Assembly (NCBI GenBank): GCA_963712115.1
Contig: CAVQGX010000031.1
Coordinates: 96,001-160,000 of the forward strand
DNA length: 64,000 bases
From: an uncultured delta proteobacterium
GTDB lineage: Bacteria; Desulfobacterota; Syntrophobacteria; BM002
Direction: 5' to 3'
Shown: in pieces, positions 60,626 through 64,000 of the stretch
How the letters are laid out: each line of letters starts with the position of its first letter
Numbering within the stretch: the stretch's first letter is position 1
Program-made: the position numbers and the translations under genes
Notes under the pieces: model-generated
Databases searched by the model: none
What the model was told of the DNA's origin: nothing
What the model saw: the letters and a program-made list of their open reading frames with translations, nothing else

Positions 60626-61888
60626 CTAAACAGAACTGGCGAATTTCGCCAACTTTCGCACAACCTCCAGGTCTTCAGGAATTTCTAGCACATTTTCTGC
60701 TCTAGCAAGTGCCAAGCGGGAATGGTGTATCGCGGCGTTCCGCATCTCGGCATCTCCGATCGCTGCCAGCGACTCAAACGCCTTTTGTAGCCGCCCCGCG
60801 ACTTCAATGGCACCAGCCCCGTCACGAGCAATCGCTGTGAAGGCATCATCAAACATGTCCCGCAAAGATATTTTGGGCACCTCCACGCGATCACATTCAG
60901 AAATTCGTGTGTCGCCTTCTTCGATAGGCTCACTCCAGAGCGCAAAAAGTCGCACGAACGTTCCAATAATGACGATTGCCGTACCGGGATCATTGACAGC
61001 AGGTGACAACGCTCGACTTGCGATTTCAGAAAGAACGATAAGACCGAATCGAGGATCTTCGTCGAATTGTCTGTCATTACCGAGCACAAATGCCTGTGCT
61101 ATCTGACTTGCATCGATATCAGAAAAATCACCTGAGTCTGCGGTCACATAGGCAAGAGCCCGGCCCGGCGCAGAAAAAGTACCGGGCAAGGCTGCTACCG
61201 TGATTCGTACCCGCGATTTTTCCGCATACGTCTGTAGCGCAGTGACATCTACGCGCTGTACATATCCGATCGACCCGCTGTAAATGGCGTGACCCCTATT
61301 CTGACGCCACCCCGCAGGGACGCCGCAAAGGGTAGGTGCGCATCGCCTTCGCTGTAAAGCAGCAGCAGTCGCTGCCTCAACCTTATCGATGGTTCCCCTG
61401 AGGCGCCCAAGGCGTGCGATGCGATCCACCCAACTCACGAACGTAATAATAACCATGGCAAGAATCATTAACGTTAGAGCAAATAACGCGAAACGGCCTG
61501 CTCTATCGTAATAGCCATTCTTTAAGGCGATAAGCGCGACGATGCTGAAGATGAAGGCACCAATAAAGGTCGAGAGAGCGTTCTGGGAAACGTCGTCGGA
61601 GATGACCAGAGAAAAAGAGCGCGGCGTTGCGGTGCTGCTGGCCGAAGCATAGGCGGAAACCATCGATGCGACAGCAAAGGTGGCGATCACCAACATGCTT
61701 GCGGAAATAATGGTAAGCAGGGTCTCTATTGAGTCTGGAGTAATCGCCGGAACAAGCTGACCGATTTCGGTATTGTCCACCGTCTTCGCAAGGAACACTA
61801 AGCCCGTTGACAGCACGCACATCGCGAGAGGCCTGACCCATAGCCGCTCTCTGATGCGGTTTAGAAGGAACCTCAATCGATCACCCAT
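60626..61888 (-). CDS. DUF2254 membrane protein
   Basis: ASSTATPR, LSTFIGAFIFS, DPRFGLIVLSEIASRALSPAVNDPGTA, IARDGAG; ATG with GGAG RBS. Confidence 0.9.
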   Translation of the reverse strand: MGDRLRFLLNRIRERLWVRPLAMCVLSTGLVFLAKTVDNTEIGQLVPAITPDSIETLLTIISASMLVIATFAVASMVSAYASASSTATPRSFSLVISDDVSQNALSTFIGAFIFSIVALIALKNGYYDRAGRFALFALTLMILAMVIITFVSWVDRIARLGRLRGTIDKVEAATAAALQRRRCAPTLCGVPAGWRQNRGHAIYSGSIGYVQRVDVTALQTYAEKSRVRITVAALPGTFSAPGRALAYVTADSGDFSDIDASQIAQAFVLGNDRQFDEDPRFGLIVLSEIASRALSPAVNDPGTAIVIIGTFVRLFALWSEPIEEGDTRISECDRVEVPKISLRDMFDDAFTAIARDGAGAIEVAGRLQKAFESLAAIGDAEMRNAAIHHSRLALARAENVLEIPEDLEVVRKLAKFASSV

Positions 61889-62255
61889 TACTCCACTTCC
61901 CGTAGTTCGGTATGACGGTCCGCTACAGATCTCTTTTCCGGTGGTCAAATTAGTCGGCAGGAATCCTTTTCGCATGTAGAGTTCTACAGTGCATGTTGAT
62001 TATTACTAACATCTGTTTAGGTAGAAAGCAAACGTTTACCACTCTTGACGCCCAACCTTGAATTATACGGCGTATTATCCGCTTTATAATGCGGAAAGTC
62101 TCATACGCATATCGTAAATTGTGAAAAAATACAGCTACTTGTTTGATAACACTCACGATATTGAAAACGAAAAATATCGAAACCGACATCCGCTCTGATC
62201 ACAACCAAAAATACCCGGACAGACTTCCGCAAGAAAAGGGCCATTGCAAAACTAT

Positions 62256-62361
62256 AAATTACATCCCTTAATTCCCACTCCCGGCGTTGACGAGTCTAGC
62301 ACGAAATATGGGGGTCGTTCAACAAGGGGCCCACTTACGTGTGGATCGAGTTATATAAAGT
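62256..62361. repeat. Inverted-arm element, copy E
   Basis: Left AAATTACATCCCTTAATTCCCACTC, centre CACGAAATATGGGG, right ACGTGTGGATCGAGTTATATAAAGT. Confidence 0.8.
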
Positions 62362-62385
62362 TTCCTATTGGTTTGCTAGGAGTAA

Positions 62386-62487
62386 ACATAACATCCCTTA
62401 ATTTAAACTTGACCGGAGGTTCATTCTACACAATATGTTGAGAGTAGTAATGTCCGGACACTTTAGGGGGATTAACTGCTGATTTAA
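62386..62487. repeat. Inverted-arm element, copy F (degenerate right arm)
   Basis: Left ACATAACATCCCTTAATTTAAACTT, centre CACAATATGTTGAG, right residual GGGGATTAA. Confidence 0.75.
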
Positions 62488-62501
62488 TAAATATGTACTT
62501 A

Positions 62502-62681
62502 GCCCGGATATTTCATGAATTGCTGTTGCGAGACCGTGAAGATGGGCGTGCCACCTGGCAACCGCAGCGTGTTGGTTCCGAGGCGTACCTGAAAGGTACG
62601 TCGCAGGGACCGACACCCGAGGACGCCAGGAAGGACGGCCATATCCGCGGTCGCAGCAGGTGATTCATGAAATATCCGGGC
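62502..62681. mobile_element. MITE, 180 bp, TA-flanked (copy 2, inverted relative to copy 1)
   Basis: Same perfect 19-bp TIRs, 10 substitutions vs 36278-36457. Confidence 0.92.
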
Positions 62682-62740
62682 TAGTGTTTAGTGCCAGGTT
62701 GAAATAGCTGCCCGCTGTCTGCTGCCTGCTGGGTGAGTGC

Positions 62741-63337
62741 CTAGTGTTCTCCAAACCCCGCCCTTTGCACCAACGCACTTACCACGGACTCATACAGCTC
62801 TCTGCTGCCAGTGAGAAGCTGTTCTAGTCTGTCTTGATACTCATTCCTCTCGGGAGATGCTTCCATGAGACTGAGATTGGCTTGAGCAATTCGATGAGCA
62901 CCACTTATCGTGGCCCTTAGGAGCTCACAGACAACCAAAAGATCTGAAAGTAGATGGCCCTTACAGTGCACCCCCGCCCTGGCCACGAAATTGACGGCTT
63001 CATTGGCCTCTTCCATTATGCTAATGGGGCATTCGATTGCCTGCTGCAGCGCCTCCAAGACCTCTGTCTTGCCTTTTCCGAAGGTCTTGGCCTGGGCAAA
63101 ACGCGCATAGGCCCTGCCGTCTTCATCACGGAGATGGAGAAGAGTACTCAATGATTTTTTCACCTCCTGGAGCAAATTCCTCCATTCAGCTTCAGAGGAG
63201 TCGCGGCTACGCTGAAGTTCCACCTGAACGATTTTTTCTAGCAGCGCCAAACCCACACATGCCCCATGGGCTGCTGCGGCACCGCCTCCGGGCACAGGAT
63301 ACGGTCTGGCAAGAGCGTCTATGAACGAATCAACCAT
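62741..63337 (-). CDS. Formiminotetrahydrofolate cyclodeaminase/cyclohydrolase family protein
   Basis: FIDALARPYPVPGGGAAAA, DEDGRAY, LLSDL. Confidence 0.82.
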   Translation of the reverse strand: MVDSFIDALARPYPVPGGGAAAAHGACVGLALLEKIVQVELQRSRDSSEAEWRNLLQEVKKSLSTLLHLRDEDGRAYARFAQAKTFGKGKTEVLEALQQAIECPISIMEEANEAVNFVARAGVHCKGHLLSDLLVVCELLRATISGAHRIAQANLSLMEASPERNEYQDRLEQLLTGSRELYESVVSALVQRAGFGEH

Positions 63338-63505
63338 AATTTCCTTCCCGGGCCATCACCTATGATGTTTGACTGCATTGTTGTTAATGCTTATCAGAGA
63401 TTAACTTATGGATACAGCAAAATATTAATTATTGGTGATTCTCTTTGATTGCCAGAGAATACAAAATACCGGGTAAAATATCATATCGAAAAAGGAGTCT
63501 CGAAT

Positions 63506-64000
63506 ATGAAAGCCTTAGCAATCAACGAGTTCGGCGGACTAGATAAATTGCAACTCATGGATCTACCCGTGCCGGAAATCAGACCAGGGGAGATTTTAGT
63601 TAAAGTGAGAGCGGCCGGGGTCAATCCTGTAGACTGGAAGATTCGGGAGGGCTATCTCAAAGATCTTTTTAGCCATCAGTTTCCCGTTATTCTGGGGTGG
63701 GATGCGGCTGGCGTTGTGGAAGGGGTAGGCAAGAACGTAACGAGATTTAAGTCAGGGGATGAGATTTTTGCCTACTGCCGCAAGCCCATTGTCCACGGGG
63801 GAGCATACGCGGAATACATTTTGCTGGAAGAAGAGCATGCCGCTATAAAACCGAAAAATATTACCTTTGAGGAGGCAGCCTCAATTCCACTTGCTGCACT
63901 AACTGCTTACCAGTCACTATTCGATGCGGCAAATCTCCAGCCAGGAGAAACCATTTTAATCCATGCTGCTGCAGGAGGAGTAGGAGGCTTCGGGGTACAG
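63506..64000 (+). CDS. NADP-dependent quinone oxidoreductase (MDR family), runs off window
   Basis: Manual translation MKALAINEFGG...AAGVNPVDWKIREG...ILGWDAAG...LTAYQ...HAAAGGVGG; AAGGAG RBS. Confidence 0.9.
   Translation, partial: MKALAINEFGGLDKLQLMDLPVPEIRPGEILVKVRAAGVNPVDWKIREGYLKDLFSHQFPVILGWDAAGVVEGVGKNVTRFKSGDEIFAYCRKPIVHGGAYAEYILLEEEHAAIKPKNITFEEAASIPLAALTAYQSLFDAANLQPGETILIHAAAGGVGGFGVQ

Noticed and set aside
57595-62487. CRISPR array interpretation of the repeated ATTACATCCCTTAAT / ATTAAAGTATGTAAT motifs
   Set aside because: Motifs alternate in orientation, interiors are homologous rather than unique spacers, spacing is gene-sized and irregular, and no cas genes are present.
62244-62616. 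ORFs 62244-62441 and 62398-62616
   Set aside because: They lie over elements E/F and the MITE; no protein features.

Overview
64-kb chromosomal segment that, from gene content and intergenic repeats, looks like an anaerobic Desulfobacterota (deltaproteobacterial) genome. Housekeeping blocks: a dpp/opp peptide ABC operon with a cysteine desulfurase, a 2-oxoacid:acceptor oxidoreductase operon, znuACB-zur with a Zur-type box, glk, gnd, glpD/alkyl-DHAP-synthase-like genes, fabH-like, proA and csp. Signalling genes are abundant: 3 HD-GYP, 2 PilZ, a class III cyclase, two-component proteins, an extra sigma70 and a PP2C phosphatase. Several genes are broken by single-base insertions that look like long-read errors. 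Intergenic DNA carries at least three MITE families, REP-like hairpins and inverted heptamer arrays. The most striking unexplained structure is at 57.6-62.5 kb: six diverged copies of a ~101-bp element (25-bp imperfect inverted arms, each itself a 9-6-9 dyad, plus a central 14-bp NrdR-box-like dyad at fixed spacing) that punctuate single cargo genes like a cassette array. One cargo gene also carries a truncated integron attC-like site. No recombinase, rRNA, tRNA or CRISPR array was recognised in the window.
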